Assembly: GCA_965223335.1 (NCBI GenBank)
Contig: OZ244991.1
Location: 384,001-448,000, forward strand
Source of the DNA: Thermodesulfobacteriota bacterium
GTDB lineage: Bacteria > Desulfobacterota_D > UBA1144 > Nemesobacterales > UBA2774
Direction: 5' to 3'
Length of the DNA stretch: 64,000 nt
How positions within the stretch are numbered: the first letter of the stretch is position 1; every line of letters begins with the position of its first letter. Under the pieces are notes generated by a model that saw only the letters and a list, made by a program, of their open reading frames with translations, did no database searches and had not been told where the DNA came from. Shown here in pieces: positions 1 through 9,777 of the stretch. Both the position numbers and the translations under genes were made by a program.

Positions 1-36
1 TATGCAATTTATACGAAGATACAAGGAGCTAAAGCA

Positions 37-1437
37 ATGGGAGCGTTAAAGCGTGCGTGGTCGTGGTTCGATGACCGCACAGGCATTGCCGATGCCATAG
101 GCCCCATTGCGAAACACGCGGTACCCCCCAACTCCGCATCGTGGTTCTACGTATTCGGCAGCGCCACACTATTTGCCTTTTTGCTCCAGGTCGCAACCGG
201 GGTAACACTCGCATTCATGTACGTGCCGTCCGCAGGGGAAGCATACCAGAGCCTCCAGTATATAACGGACCAAAATGCCTTCGGTAGAATAGTAAGGGGC
301 ATGCACAACTGGGGAGCCTCGGCCATGATACTGCTCGTGGGCTTACACATGATACGCGTCTACCTCACTGCTTCATACAAATTCCCAAGAGAGATGCACT
401 GGATTACAGGCGTTGTGCTGCTGTCTCTTACAGTCGTAATGGGTTTTACCGGTCAGGTAGTGCGCTGGGACCAGACAGCCGTGTGGTCCACGATAGTAGC
501 CTCTGAGCAGGCCGGCAGGGTGCCGTTTATAGGTGCGTGGATAGCACAGTTTATCATAGGTGGGGAGACTATCGGAGGGGCTACGCTAAGCCGCATGTTT
601 GCATATCATGTGTTTGTTATACCCGCACTTTTATTTATATTCATCGGGTTCCATCTCTACCTGGTCATTAAAAACGGCATCTCCGAATTCCCGAAACCGG
701 GTAAAGCAGTGGACCCTGCCACATACCGAGTAGAGTACGAGGAAATGGTAGAGAAAAAGGGTGTGCCGTTTTGGCCTGACGCCGCATGGCGTGATATGGT
801 ATTCGGGTTTATCGTTATCACGGTGATACTGCTCATTGCAGTTATAGTAGGCCCCCCGGCGCTCGATGCCCCGCCCAACCCGTCTAATATAGACGCTCTA
901 CCCGTTCCAGACTGGTATTTTGTGTTTTATTTTGCGTTTCTTGCACTCATGCCTCCACAGATGGAGACATACCTCATGGTATTCGGCCCTCTATTAATAG
1001 GGCTCATTCTATTTTTACTGCCGTTTATCTCCAACCGGGGCGAGCGAAGCCCACTTAGGCGCCCCTGGGCCGTTGCCATAGTGGCACTGGCAGTGATGAG
1101 TATCTCGGGCCTCTGGGCAATCGGGATCACCTCACCATGGTCCCCCCATTTCCACGCCACCCCGCTAGATGCCAAAATTATAGGCGAGACAAGCGGGCCT
1201 GTTTACGATGGGGGCATGCTCTTTAACGAAAAAGGGTGTCTATACTGCCATAGGATCTCGGGTCATGGGGGGGAGCGAGGACCCGACCTTACTTACATAG
1301 GGGACAGACTTTCCAGCGATGAGCTCACATGGCGCATAATGAACGGCGGGCTTAATATGCCCGGGTTCGGCGGCACACTCACCAATGAAGAACTAAGCAA
1401 TCTTGTGACTTTTCTTAAAACCAGGAAAAAAGAGTAG
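37..1437 (+). CDS. Cytochrome b of a Rieske/cytochrome b complex with fused C-terminal monoheme cytochrome c
   Basis: Heme b His pairs (RGMHNWGAS...GLHMIRV; AYHVF...GFHLYL), PDWY Qo motif, C-terminal CLYCH and MPGF distal Met. Confidence 0.92.
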   Translation: MGALKRAWSWFDDRTGIADAIGPIAKHAVPPNSASWFYVFGSATLFAFLLQVATGVTLAFMYVPSAGEAYQSLQYITDQNAFGRIVRGMHNWGASAMILLVGLHMIRVYLTASYKFPREMHWITGVVLLSLTVVMGFTGQVVRWDQTAVWSTIVASEQAGRVPFIGAWIAQFIIGGETIGGATLSRMFAYHVFVIPALLFIFIGFHLYLVIKNGISEFPKPGKAVDPATYRVEYEEMVEKKGVPFWPDAAWRDMVFGFIVITVILLIAVIVGPPALDAPPNPSNIDALPVPDWYFVFYFAFLALMPPQMETYLMVFGPLLIGLILFLLPFISNRGERSPLRRPWAVAIVALAVMSISGLWAIGITSPWSPHFHATPLDAKIIGETSGPVYDGGMLFNEKGCLYCHRISGHGGERGPDLTYIGDRLSSDELTWRIMNGGLNMPGFGGTLTNEELSNLVTFLKTRKKE

Positions 1438-1454
1438 GATTAAAACCTAGACAA

Positions 1455-2759
1455 TCATTCCTTATCCCCGGGGGTCTTGCGATCCCTCATTAGGAACTTG
1501 AGCTGAACAATGTCCTTTGACAAAAATATATCCAGGAACCAATCGAGTGCAATCCTTATTTTGCGGTCTATGCCCGGGAGTTTCCCCAAGTATATGGCAC
1601 GCCACAATAACCACGCAAAGAACCCAGAGAATTTATATCCCCTAATCTCCGCCACAGCCGATCTGTGCCCAAGCGGGGCTAGCATACCCTGAGTCTGGTA
1701 GATAAAAGGCCGTTTATCCTTATCGCGCCCTTTAATTGCCGCTGCTACGTTTATTGCAACCCGTTTGCCCTCGCGCGTAGCATGCTGGGCTGTGGGCGGG
1801 TAAGGCTTTCCGGAGTGTGGGTCGGGTATCACAGCACAGTCCCCAAGCGCCCAAACACCCGGGAAACCCTCAACCTCCATATATTCGTTTACCTCGATCC
1901 TCCCCCGTTTGTCCGCGCACGGGAGCTCTGCAATAACCGGTTGGGGGGCTGTACCCGCAGCCCATATTGCAGTATGGGTGTTAATCACGCCGCCTTCGTA
2001 CTCAACCCTATCAGGCTCTACACCGCTTACCCTGGTGTTGAGTTGGAATTTCATCCCCCTCTCACCAAGTATCTTAAGCCCGTACTCAGCCAAGTTCTCA
2101 CTCATCTCGTGCATGATCCTGTCCCCAGGGTCAATCACCACAACGCTTACTTCGTCGGGCTTTACATTTTTGTAAAACCTCCGGCTCGATCTCACAAAAT
2201 CGTTTAACTCCGCTGCCACCTCTATCCCCGTATACCCTCCGCCCACAACAGCAAATGTAAGGAGGCTTCGTCTTAGGTCCGGGTTCTGCTCTATATCCGC
2301 TCGCTCAAACATATCAATCACATGGCTCCTTAGCACCATTGCGTCTGCGAGGTTCTTAAGCGGGTAAGAATTCTCCTCGGCCCCAGCCACACCGTGATAA
2401 CCGGTAATAGAGCCGAGTGCGAGTATTAGATAGTCATATTCCAGTTTGAACGACTCGCACATGTGGTAGTGAAAACACGTAGCGACCTTGTTTTTGAGGT
2501 CAATCTTCTGTACCTCGAGTTCTTTAAATGATGCCTTTTTAAGACACTCTCTAAGCGGGATCACTATATGTTGGGGCTCTAGGCTGCTGGCTACGACCTC
2601 AGCTAGCATCGATGTAAAAATAAGGTAGTTGTTCTTATTTACAAGTGTAATCTCAACACTTTGGTCATCGGCAAATATCCTCTCCAGTGTCTGGGCGGCT
2701 TCAAGACCCGCAAAACCGCCCCCTAGGATTAGAACCCTCTTCTTTCCGTCTTCGGACAT
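1455..2759 (-). CDS. ndh: Type II NADH:quinone oxidoreductase
   Basis: Two Rossmann motifs (ILGGGFAG, VVGGGYTGIE), WAAG, ALGDCA, PPTAQHA. Confidence 0.88.
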   Translation of the reverse strand: MSEDGKKRVLILGGGFAGLEAAQTLERIFADDQSVEITLVNKNNYLIFTSMLAEVVASSLEPQHIVIPLRECLKKASFKELEVQKIDLKNKVATCFHYHMCESFKLEYDYLILALGSITGYHGVAGAEENSYPLKNLADAMVLRSHVIDMFERADIEQNPDLRRSLLTFAVVGGGYTGIEVAAELNDFVRSSRRFYKNVKPDEVSVVVIDPGDRIMHEMSENLAEYGLKILGERGMKFQLNTRVSGVEPDRVEYEGGVINTHTAIWAAGTAPQPVIAELPCADKRGRIEVNEYMEVEGFPGVWALGDCAVIPDPHSGKPYPPTAQHATREGKRVAINVAAAIKGRDKDKRPFIYQTQGMLAPLGHRSAVAEIRGYKFSGFFAWLLWRAIYLGKLPGIDRKIRIALDWFLDIFLSKDIVQLKFLMRDRKTPGDKE

Positions 2760-2965
2760 TGCCGCATTACCCTCCGTATTAATATTATGGAGACTAATCT
2801 ACTGGTATTGCATCCGATTTACAATGAAACCGTAACCCAATTCTCAAATGAATCCCAAGAGCTTGTCAACAAAATAGGGGGTTTCACTGGATTAATTCGT
2901 ATAGATCTGCGAAAAACTTAAGTGCTAAATATAGATCGATATCGCGGTATAACCGATATAGAGGA

Positions 2966-4507
2966 TCAGTTTTTGAGTTCTCCGTTTTTCTTTTCTTTCC
3001 TAATGGCGGCATAAATTGTGTTCTCGCCTCTCTTCACCAAAAATAGAGCCGTGTTGCCGCCTTTGATACTCTCTAGGGCCTGGGTATAGTCCCCGAGTGT
3101 CTTTATAGGCTTTTTATTGATCTCGAGCACTATATCGCCCGGTCTTAAGCCCGACTCCTCAGCCACAGTCCCCCGCTCCACGTTAACAATAATCACTCCA
3201 TCGGTCCGGTCCAGATTAAAACGCCTTGAGATCTGCGGTGTTATCTCCTGTACCGCTATCCCCAGGTCTTCCTCTACTTTCTCCTCTTCGGCCTCGGCAC
3301 TGCCCGAGTCCGGGTACTCGCCGAGTTTGACCTTGATATCTTTTTCCTCACCACCCGCCACCATATTCATACTAACCTCTGTTCCAGGCGGCGATACTGC
3401 AACGAGTCTTGTCAGATCGTTTATATCCGAGATCTTCTCCCCATTAAATTTAACGATTACATCCCCTCTTTTTATCCCCGCTTTTGCGGCCGGGCTATCC
3501 TCAGTCACATCACTCACCAATGCCCCCTGCTCAACATCTAGATTTAGGCTCTGAGCTATATCCTCTGTTAGAGGCTGAACCAGCACACCCAACCATCCCC
3601 TCACAACCTTGCCCCCGTCTTTAATCTGATCAATCACATATTCGGCAAGGTCAATGGGTATGGCAAATCCAATGCCCTGCCCCCTAGCTATTATTGCAGT
3701 ATTTACCCCCACTACCTCTCCCTGCAGGTTAAAGAGCGGCCCCCCGCTATTACCAGGGTTAAGCGACGCATCGGTCTGTATAAAGTCATCATATGCCCCT
3801 AAGCCAAGTGTACGGCCTTTGGCACTCACAATACCCGAGGTCACAGTGTATCCGAACCCAAACGGGTTTCCGATCGCTATGACCCAATCCCCGATCCTAA
3901 GGTTGTCGGAGTTGCCGAACTTAACTGTCTGGAGTTTGTGGTCAGGCTCGATTTTGAGCACTGCCAAATCCGTTTTAGCGTCTTTACCCACTACCTTGGC
4001 CTCATATTCGCTCCCGTCCTCAAGCACTACATCTATATCATCGGCCCTGTGTATCACATGGTTGTTTGTAACAATGTAGCCGTCCTCGCTAATCACAAAC
4101 CCCGATCCGAGCCCCCGCCTTTTTACATCGGGCTGGTTCTTGAAAAACTGCTCAAAGAACTCTTCCAGTGGGTTTTTACTGCCGTAAGGAGATTTCTGTG
4201 ACCTTGGGAACAGACCCCCTCCGCGGATCGTATTGGTCGTGCTTATATTTACTACCGAAGGCTTTAATTTCTCAACAAGATCGGCAAAAGAGGGAAACTC
4301 CCCCGAGAAATTATTCTTGTGAGTCTCTTTTTTCTCAACTTTCTTTGGTTTGGCCTGTTTTTGATCACTTTCCTTTTTTATTTCTTGTTTCTGAGCACTA
4401 TCTGTGGTTTTAGTTTCTCTGTCGGGATCAGATTTCTCGCAACTAGTAAATGTAAGTAGAAATACAAGCGGAGCTACCAATGCAAATACAACAAAAAGCC
4501 TATTCAT
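2966..4507 (-). CDS. degP: DegP/HtrA serine protease with two PDZ domains, probably a lipoprotein
   Basis: TNNHV, TDLAV and PGNSGGPL triad motifs; two PDZ repeats; signal peptide ending FTSC. Confidence 0.93.
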   Translation of the reverse strand: MNRLFVVFALVAPLVFLLTFTSCEKSDPDRETKTTDSAQKQEIKKESDQKQAKPKKVEKKETHKNNFSGEFPSFADLVEKLKPSVVNISTTNTIRGGGLFPRSQKSPYGSKNPLEEFFEQFFKNQPDVKRRGLGSGFVISEDGYIVTNNHVIHRADDIDVVLEDGSEYEAKVVGKDAKTDLAVLKIEPDHKLQTVKFGNSDNLRIGDWVIAIGNPFGFGYTVTSGIVSAKGRTLGLGAYDDFIQTDASLNPGNSGGPLFNLQGEVVGVNTAIIARGQGIGFAIPIDLAEYVIDQIKDGGKVVRGWLGVLVQPLTEDIAQSLNLDVEQGALVSDVTEDSPAAKAGIKRGDVIVKFNGEKISDINDLTRLVAVSPPGTEVSMNMVAGGEEKDIKVKLGEYPDSGSAEAEEEKVEEDLGIAVQEITPQISRRFNLDRTDGVIIVNVERGTVAEESGLRPGDIVLEINKKPIKTLGDYTQALESIKGGNTALFLVKRGENTIYAAIRKEKKNGELKN

Positions 4508-4703
4508 AAAACCCTCCTTGATTAAACCATTTAGGAATAATATAGCTATGAATTACCGAGAGGCAAGAAATATATAATCCGCTAGATATTAAAGTAAACA
4601 CAGAGTTACGGGAACACAGGATTTAAAACCACAAAAAGTTACCAAATATTTATATGATATTTACAAATTTCTTTGGATTGACATTGTATGTCCAGCAGTA
4701 ATA

Positions 4704-5348
4704 ATGAGATTCTACACGATGAGTTTCCCCGAGCTTACCACATTTTTTATTGCTATGCTGGCGATAACGAACCCAATTGGCAACCTTGCCATCTTTGCAA
4801 GCCTAACTGGGGATAAAACCGACTCCGAAAAAAAGAAGACAGCATTCGTAGCAGGAGTCGCCATTACCATAATTCTCTTGCTAGTCACTTGGACCGGCGA
4901 CCTAATGCTAAGAGCTTTTGGCATCGACGTCGGGGCATTCGAAACAGCAGGCGGGGTTATCATAGCGCTTATGGGTATATCTATGCTCCACGCCAAGACA
5001 AGCGAGATTCATCACAATAAAGATGAAAGAGAAGAAGCGAAATCAAAAGACTCTGTGGCCGTGGTACCTATAGCCATTCCCATTGTAGCAGGACCCGGGG
5101 CTATAACCACATTAATAGTAAACAGCCATAATTACACAACTATCCCCGACAAAGTATATATATCAGTGATCTGCGTATTCGTATCCCTACTACTCTGGAT
5201 CTGCTTTTATTTCTCGGCACCAGTGAGCAGACTGCTCGGTGTATCGGGAGTAAATATAGTTACCAGAATAATGGGTATTATTCTTACAGCCATTGCATTC
5301 CAAATGATTGCAGGCGGCCTAAAATCCCAGTTTCCCGGCCTTAGTTAA
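4704..5348 (+). CDS. MarC family membrane protein
   Basis: NPIGNL and VVPIAIPIVAGPGAI motifs, about 6 TM helices, RIMGIIL. Confidence 0.9.
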   Translation: MRFYTMSFPELTTFFIAMLAITNPIGNLAIFASLTGDKTDSEKKKTAFVAGVAITIILLLVTWTGDLMLRAFGIDVGAFETAGGVIIALMGISMLHAKTSEIHHNKDEREEAKSKDSVAVVPIAIPIVAGPGAITTLIVNSHNYTTIPDKVYISVICVFVSLLLWICFYFSAPVSRLLGVSGVNIVTRIMGIILTAIAFQMIAGGLKSQFPGLS

Positions 5349-5370
5349 TACCTTAGACTGAGTACAAAGA

Positions 5371-8043
5371 CTAACTGTTTACTACGGTAAACAGGACCTT
5401 TTTGAGTTCGTTTAGATCGTAGGGTTTTACTATGACGCCGCTAAATCCATATTCCTCGAACTGTGACATGATCGGGTTATCGGAATATCCGCTCGATACG
5501 ATGGCCTTTACCTCCGGATCAATTTCCAGAAGCTGCTTAATAGCCTGCTCGCCCCCCATTCCACCCGGCACAGTCAGGTCTAGTATCACGGCATCGAAGT
5601 TGTCACCTGACTCAACATTTTTCTTGTAAATCTCAATCGCTTGGGACCCGTCCTCAGCATATTCAACATCGTATCCGATATACCTAAGTACTTTACCAGC
5701 GGTCTCACGGATCATCTTCTCATCATCCATAAGCAGTATCCTTCCTTCCTGGCTAGCATCCTTGGATTCGAATTGAGTCTCAGTCTCTTCACTATCTTCC
5801 ACATACTCATTCTCTGAGGCCGGCAGGTAGATGTAGAATGTGGTGCCTTTCCCCTCTTCTGAGTCTACGGTTATTATGCCGTCGTGTTTTTTAATGATTG
5901 AATATGTAGTTGCCAACCCTAGCCCCGTACCCGACTCCTTGGTTGTAAAATAGGGATCAAATATATTGTTCAAATTTTCTTTGGGTATTCCGTAACCCTG
6001 GTCCTCAACAGAAATTTTCACAAAATTATCCGCGACAGTATTGCCGATTTTTTGCCCCTTAACCTTTACATTCTCGGCCTTGACATGTATCACACCACCG
6101 TTTTCCATAGCCTGGTTAGCGTTTATTAACAGATTGTTTATCACCTGGCTGATCTGTCCTTCATCAATGTCCACCGGCCACAGGTTCGAATCCAATGTGA
6201 ACTGACATTTAGTGTTAGAGCCCCTAAGCGACAAACTTGCCGATTCTTTTAGCAGCTCTACAATCGATACCGTTTTTTTAATCGGCACCCCGCCCTTTGC
6301 AAAAGTTAAGAACCTATGCGTAAGGTCCTTTGCTCTCAAAGTGGCTTTCTCAATCTCGTTTAATCTCAAGTAAGTATGGTCGGTTTCATCCAACCCGCTC
6401 TTTGCAAGAGAGGTGTTTGACATTATTGCAGTGAGAATATTGTTAAAATCATGGGCTATGCCTCCTGCGAGAGAGCCTAAAGACTCTAGCTTCTGGGCCC
6501 GGTGCATCTCTTCCTCGGCCCACTTTCTCTCGGTAATATCGATCGCGGTCCCTATAAACCCGGTAAAACTATTATCTTCCAAAAACCTCGGTGTGCCGTG
6601 GTCAAGCAGCCAGCGGTATTCCCCATCGGCCCTTTGCAGCCTGTACTCTATTTTGAATTCATTCTTATTCTCAAATGCATTTGAGCGCACCTCGAATAAC
6701 TCCTTACGGTCCTCGGGGTGAATGCCTTCAAGCCACCCTTTTCCGACCTCCTCACCCAAGGATTTTCCTCTATATTCAAGCCATATCTTATTAAAATACG
6801 AGTTCAAATTATCTGTCCCGGCCATCCAAATCATTACCGGTGCAGTATCGGCCATCGTTCGGAATCGTCTTTCGCTCTCCCTAAGAGCTTCTTCTATGTT
6901 TCTGCGCTCTGTGATCTCCTGCTTGAGAAGTGCATTTGTTTTTGAGAGTTCAGAAGTCCTTTCCTTAACCCTTTGTTCCAATGTCATGTGTGCATTTCTA
7001 AGCGCTTCTTCCGCCTTTTTGCTCTCAGAAATATCGTGGATAATACATATATAAATCTGACGATTGCCAAGCATTGTGTGACTGACAGAAAGATAAATAG
7101 GGAATGTGGAATTTTCGTATCTTATGCCTGTCATCTCCGCACTACGTAAATGCTTGATCTCTATATGGCTTCTTTTACCGTCCATAGTAGCTAGGAGAGA
7201 ATTTATGTTCTTTCCCCTTATGTCACTAGCCTTATACTTAAACATCTTCTCGGCTGTACGGTTAAAAGATTCGATGTTTCCCATCTCGTTAGTAGTGATT
7301 ACTCCGTCCGCTGCAGTCTCTACGATCACACGGGTGTAAGCCTCGGCCTCTTTTAGCTTGAACATTTCCTGTCTTATTCTATTTACCATAGGGTAGAAAA
7401 CCAGAAGACCCATTAATATCAGCACTAAGATGTATGCGACTAAAACCGCTTTCTCAAAAAACTTGAGTCGTTCAGTGTACCACTGGGCTTCGAGCACATA
7501 CTGGTGCTGCAAAGAGTTAAGCCCCCTTAGCAGATCACCGTTCATAGAGGTTATATAGACCACGTGTTTGTTGTCTTTATTTAGTTCGGAAGGCTTTGAA
7601 GACGCAAACGCTTTTGCCTCTTTTAGGTAGTCTTTAACATAGGCGTCCAATAATATGGGTGTGCTGAAATAAATGTCGTGAATTTTCTTAGAATGTGTGG
7701 TCGGCAGTTTTCTTTCGGTACCGCCCTTGGTAAGAGCGATATGCAGCTCCTCCATCTTGCTTATAGCCGCTTTGAGCTCTTCTCTGGTCTCTTTCTGTGC
7801 TTTCTTGTTAGGGGCTTCAACCAGTTTTAGAGACAGGTACGCAATACGCTGCGACAAAACACTTTGTTTGACACTAACACCTATTACCGCAGAGCTGGTC
7901 TCCAGTCTCCCGGTTGTTTTTTCGATGATCTTATAAGACGCTGTAGACAACACGGCCAATAAACCCAAAACAACAAGGTACCGTATTGCCATTGCACTAG
8001 ACGAGCTCTCAGCCGTATTATTTCTACTCAAAATCCACCTCAA
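5371..8043 (-). CDS. Hybrid sensor histidine kinase (NarX/PilJ-like periplasmic domain, 2 PAS, HisKA, HATPase, receiver)
   Basis: Two TM helices, PAS repeats, H-box GIAHDFNNIL, DQGYG, GTGLGL, receiver LLMDDE...ILDL...KP; start uncertain (TTG). Confidence 0.9.
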   Translation of the reverse strand: MRWILSRNNTAESSSSAMAIRYLVVLGLLAVLSTASYKIIEKTTGRLETSSAVIGVSVKQSVLSQRIAYLSLKLVEAPNKKAQKETREELKAAISKMEELHIALTKGGTERKLPTTHSKKIHDIYFSTPILLDAYVKDYLKEAKAFASSKPSELNKDNKHVVYITSMNGDLLRGLNSLQHQYVLEAQWYTERLKFFEKAVLVAYILVLILMGLLVFYPMVNRIRQEMFKLKEAEAYTRVIVETAADGVITTNEMGNIESFNRTAEKMFKYKASDIRGKNINSLLATMDGKRSHIEIKHLRSAEMTGIRYENSTFPIYLSVSHTMLGNRQIYICIIHDISESKKAEEALRNAHMTLEQRVKERTSELSKTNALLKQEITERRNIEEALRESERRFRTMADTAPVMIWMAGTDNLNSYFNKIWLEYRGKSLGEEVGKGWLEGIHPEDRKELFEVRSNAFENKNEFKIEYRLQRADGEYRWLLDHGTPRFLEDNSFTGFIGTAIDITERKWAEEEMHRAQKLESLGSLAGGIAHDFNNILTAIMSNTSLAKSGLDETDHTYLRLNEIEKATLRAKDLTHRFLTFAKGGVPIKKTVSIVELLKESASLSLRGSNTKCQFTLDSNLWPVDIDEGQISQVINNLLINANQAMENGGVIHVKAENVKVKGQKIGNTVADNFVKISVEDQGYGIPKENLNNIFDPYFTTKESGTGLGLATTYSIIKKHDGIITVDSEEGKGTTFYIYLPASENEYVEDSEETETQFESKDASQEGRILLMDDEKMIRETAGKVLRYIGYDVEYAEDGSQAIEIYKKNVESGDNFDAVILDLTVPGGMGGEQAIKQLLEIDPEVKAIVSSGYSDNPIMSQFEEYGFSGVIVKPYDLNELKKVLFTVVNS

Positions 8044-8125
8044 ATCTCTACGCTAGCACTCTATGTCAGGTATTATAATTCCATATTCCCATCAATTGAG
8101 TACAAAACTTCCTACATTAATTATA

Positions 8126-8142
8126 TGGCAAAACACGTGCCA
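8126..8142 (-). promoter_or_regulatory. sigma54 -24/-12 promoter for the hybrid kinase
   Basis: Minus strand TGGCACGTGTTTTGCC gives GG-N10-GC and matches TGGCACG-N4-TTGC. Confidence 0.75.
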
Positions 8143-8352
8143 TTAGTCAAATAATTTTTGTCGATTATAAGAAAACGATCTATATATATAAACTCCTGCG
8201 ATTCTTGAGGAATCTGCAAACTCCCGCCGGTTTTCTCATCACTATGACATAATGTGTGTTCTCGATTGTGCCGCTGGGTGCCATATTTTGTCTAAAACTA
8301 TCAATAATTTCAGTGCTTCCCCGAGTATTCTTATAAAACACACACCGGTGGA

Positions 8353-8380
8353 TTGACAAAATATACCGTTAAACTAGAAT
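8353..8380 (+). promoter_or_regulatory. sigma70-type promoter of the ECF sigma gene
   Basis: TTGACA-16-TAGAAT; the -10 overlaps the first ATG, so the real start may be 8409 or 8415. Confidence 0.55.
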
Positions 8381-8981
8381 GGTCAACAATAGCACCAATA
8401 AAACCATTATGCCAATGCAACCCAACCAGCCAGACGATCTCAAACTAATAGAAAAAATAACAGATAAGGACAAAAAGGCTTTTGAACAGCTCTACAACAA
8501 ATATTCCCAGACGATTTATAACCTGGCATATAGAATATTTAACAACAAGGAAGAGGCCTCAGAGGCTACCCAAGATATCTTTCTACAGGTTTGGTCCAAA
8601 GCCCCGTCCTATGACCACAAACGTGCAAGAGTATCCACATGGATCATGACAATAGCCCGAACCAGATGCATCGACAGGCTAAGAGCCGGCTCAAAACATA
8701 GTCGAAATTACGAATTAAACGAGGAAATAGTGAACTCAAACAGTGTTATCTCTCGTATCTTAGATGTAGAGTATGAACAAAAGGAGATTATTAAGAAAGC
8801 GCTAGAAGCACTACCCGACAATCAACGAAAAGCCATTGAAACGGTATACTTCGAGGGACTAACGCACCACGAAACAGCAGTGAAGCTCGGGGTACCGGTG
8901 GGTACTATAAAAACAAGGATACGCCTAGGTGTTATAAAATTACGAGAATTTCTGGCCGAATATTACGAGGACATCAAATAG
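8379..8981 (+). CDS. ECF RNA polymerase sigma factor (SigK-like)
   Basis: Region 2 (ASEATQDIFLQVW, STWIMTIARTRCIDRLR) and region 4 (LGVPVGTIKTRIRLG). Confidence 0.9.
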   Translation: MVNNSTNKTIMPMQPNQPDDLKLIEKITDKDKKAFEQLYNKYSQTIYNLAYRIFNNKEEASEATQDIFLQVWSKAPSYDHKRARVSTWIMTIARTRCIDRLRAGSKHSRNYELNEEIVNSNSVISRILDVEYEQKEIIKKALEALPDNQRKAIETVYFEGLTHHETAVKLGVPVGTIKTRIRLGVIKLREFLAEYYEDIK

Positions 8982-9752
8982 ATGGGACATAGTGTAGAAC
9001 ACGAAGAGCTCATAGCATTATACCTGCTAGGGGCTCTGGACAAAGATGAAGCCCAAGAGCTAAGCGATCACCTAAAATCGGGGTGTGAGATATGCGAGAG
9101 AACTATTGCTGAGACCAATGCAGTATTATCAGTGCTCCCCTACTCACTTGATGACACCGAGGTACCCGACTCTATTAAACGCGACCTTCTCAAAAAAATT
9201 AATGACGAACACCACACAGATTCAAACAGCGTTCCACTACTAGGGTTCAACGTCGCTTTAGGTTGGCTTAACTGGGCAGGTGCACTGGCCCTCCTATTTA
9301 TAACTCTGCTACTGTTTAATAATATGTTTCTATACAATAAATTAAAGCTACAACAACACTCAATTGCTCGGTTGAGCAACGAGTTCGAGCACAAGACCAA
9401 GCTTATAGAGTTTATGCATCAACCATCGGTGCTTACAATAAGCCTCGCAAGTGATACCATGGATAATATGACAGGGATGCTGCTTTGGGATACAGACACC
9501 AACCGGGCCTTGCTTTATGTACCGGAAATACCCCTTACGACCGAGAGCAAATCCTATCAGTTCTGGGTTATGGAACACGGTGAACCCCATAGCATGGGCA
9601 CATTCCAAGTTAACACAAACGGTTCGATTGTAATGAAGGTCGATTGTATGCCCAAACCAGAAGACGCAGGTAGCATGTTTATCACTCTTGAGCCCAAAGG
9701 CGGGATGCCCAAACCCACAGGTGCAACATACCTCGTGGGTTCTCTTAAGTAG
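8982..9752 (+). CDS. RskA-like anti-sigma factor
   Basis: Abuts the sigma gene; YLLGAL and HxxxxCxxC zinc-anti-sigma-like motif, one TM helix, YQFW...ITLEPKGG..PTG C-terminal domain. Confidence 0.85.
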   Translation: MGHSVEHEELIALYLLGALDKDEAQELSDHLKSGCEICERTIAETNAVLSVLPYSLDDTEVPDSIKRDLLKKINDEHHTDSNSVPLLGFNVALGWLNWAGALALLFITLLLFNNMFLYNKLKLQQHSIARLSNEFEHKTKLIEFMHQPSVLTISLASDTMDNMTGMLLWDTDTNRALLYVPEIPLTTESKSYQFWVMEHGEPHSMGTFQVNTNGSIVMKVDCMPKPEDAGSMFITLEPKGGMPKPTGATYLVGSLK

Positions 9753-9777
9753 TTAAGAACTGTGTTGGAGGTCTTAG

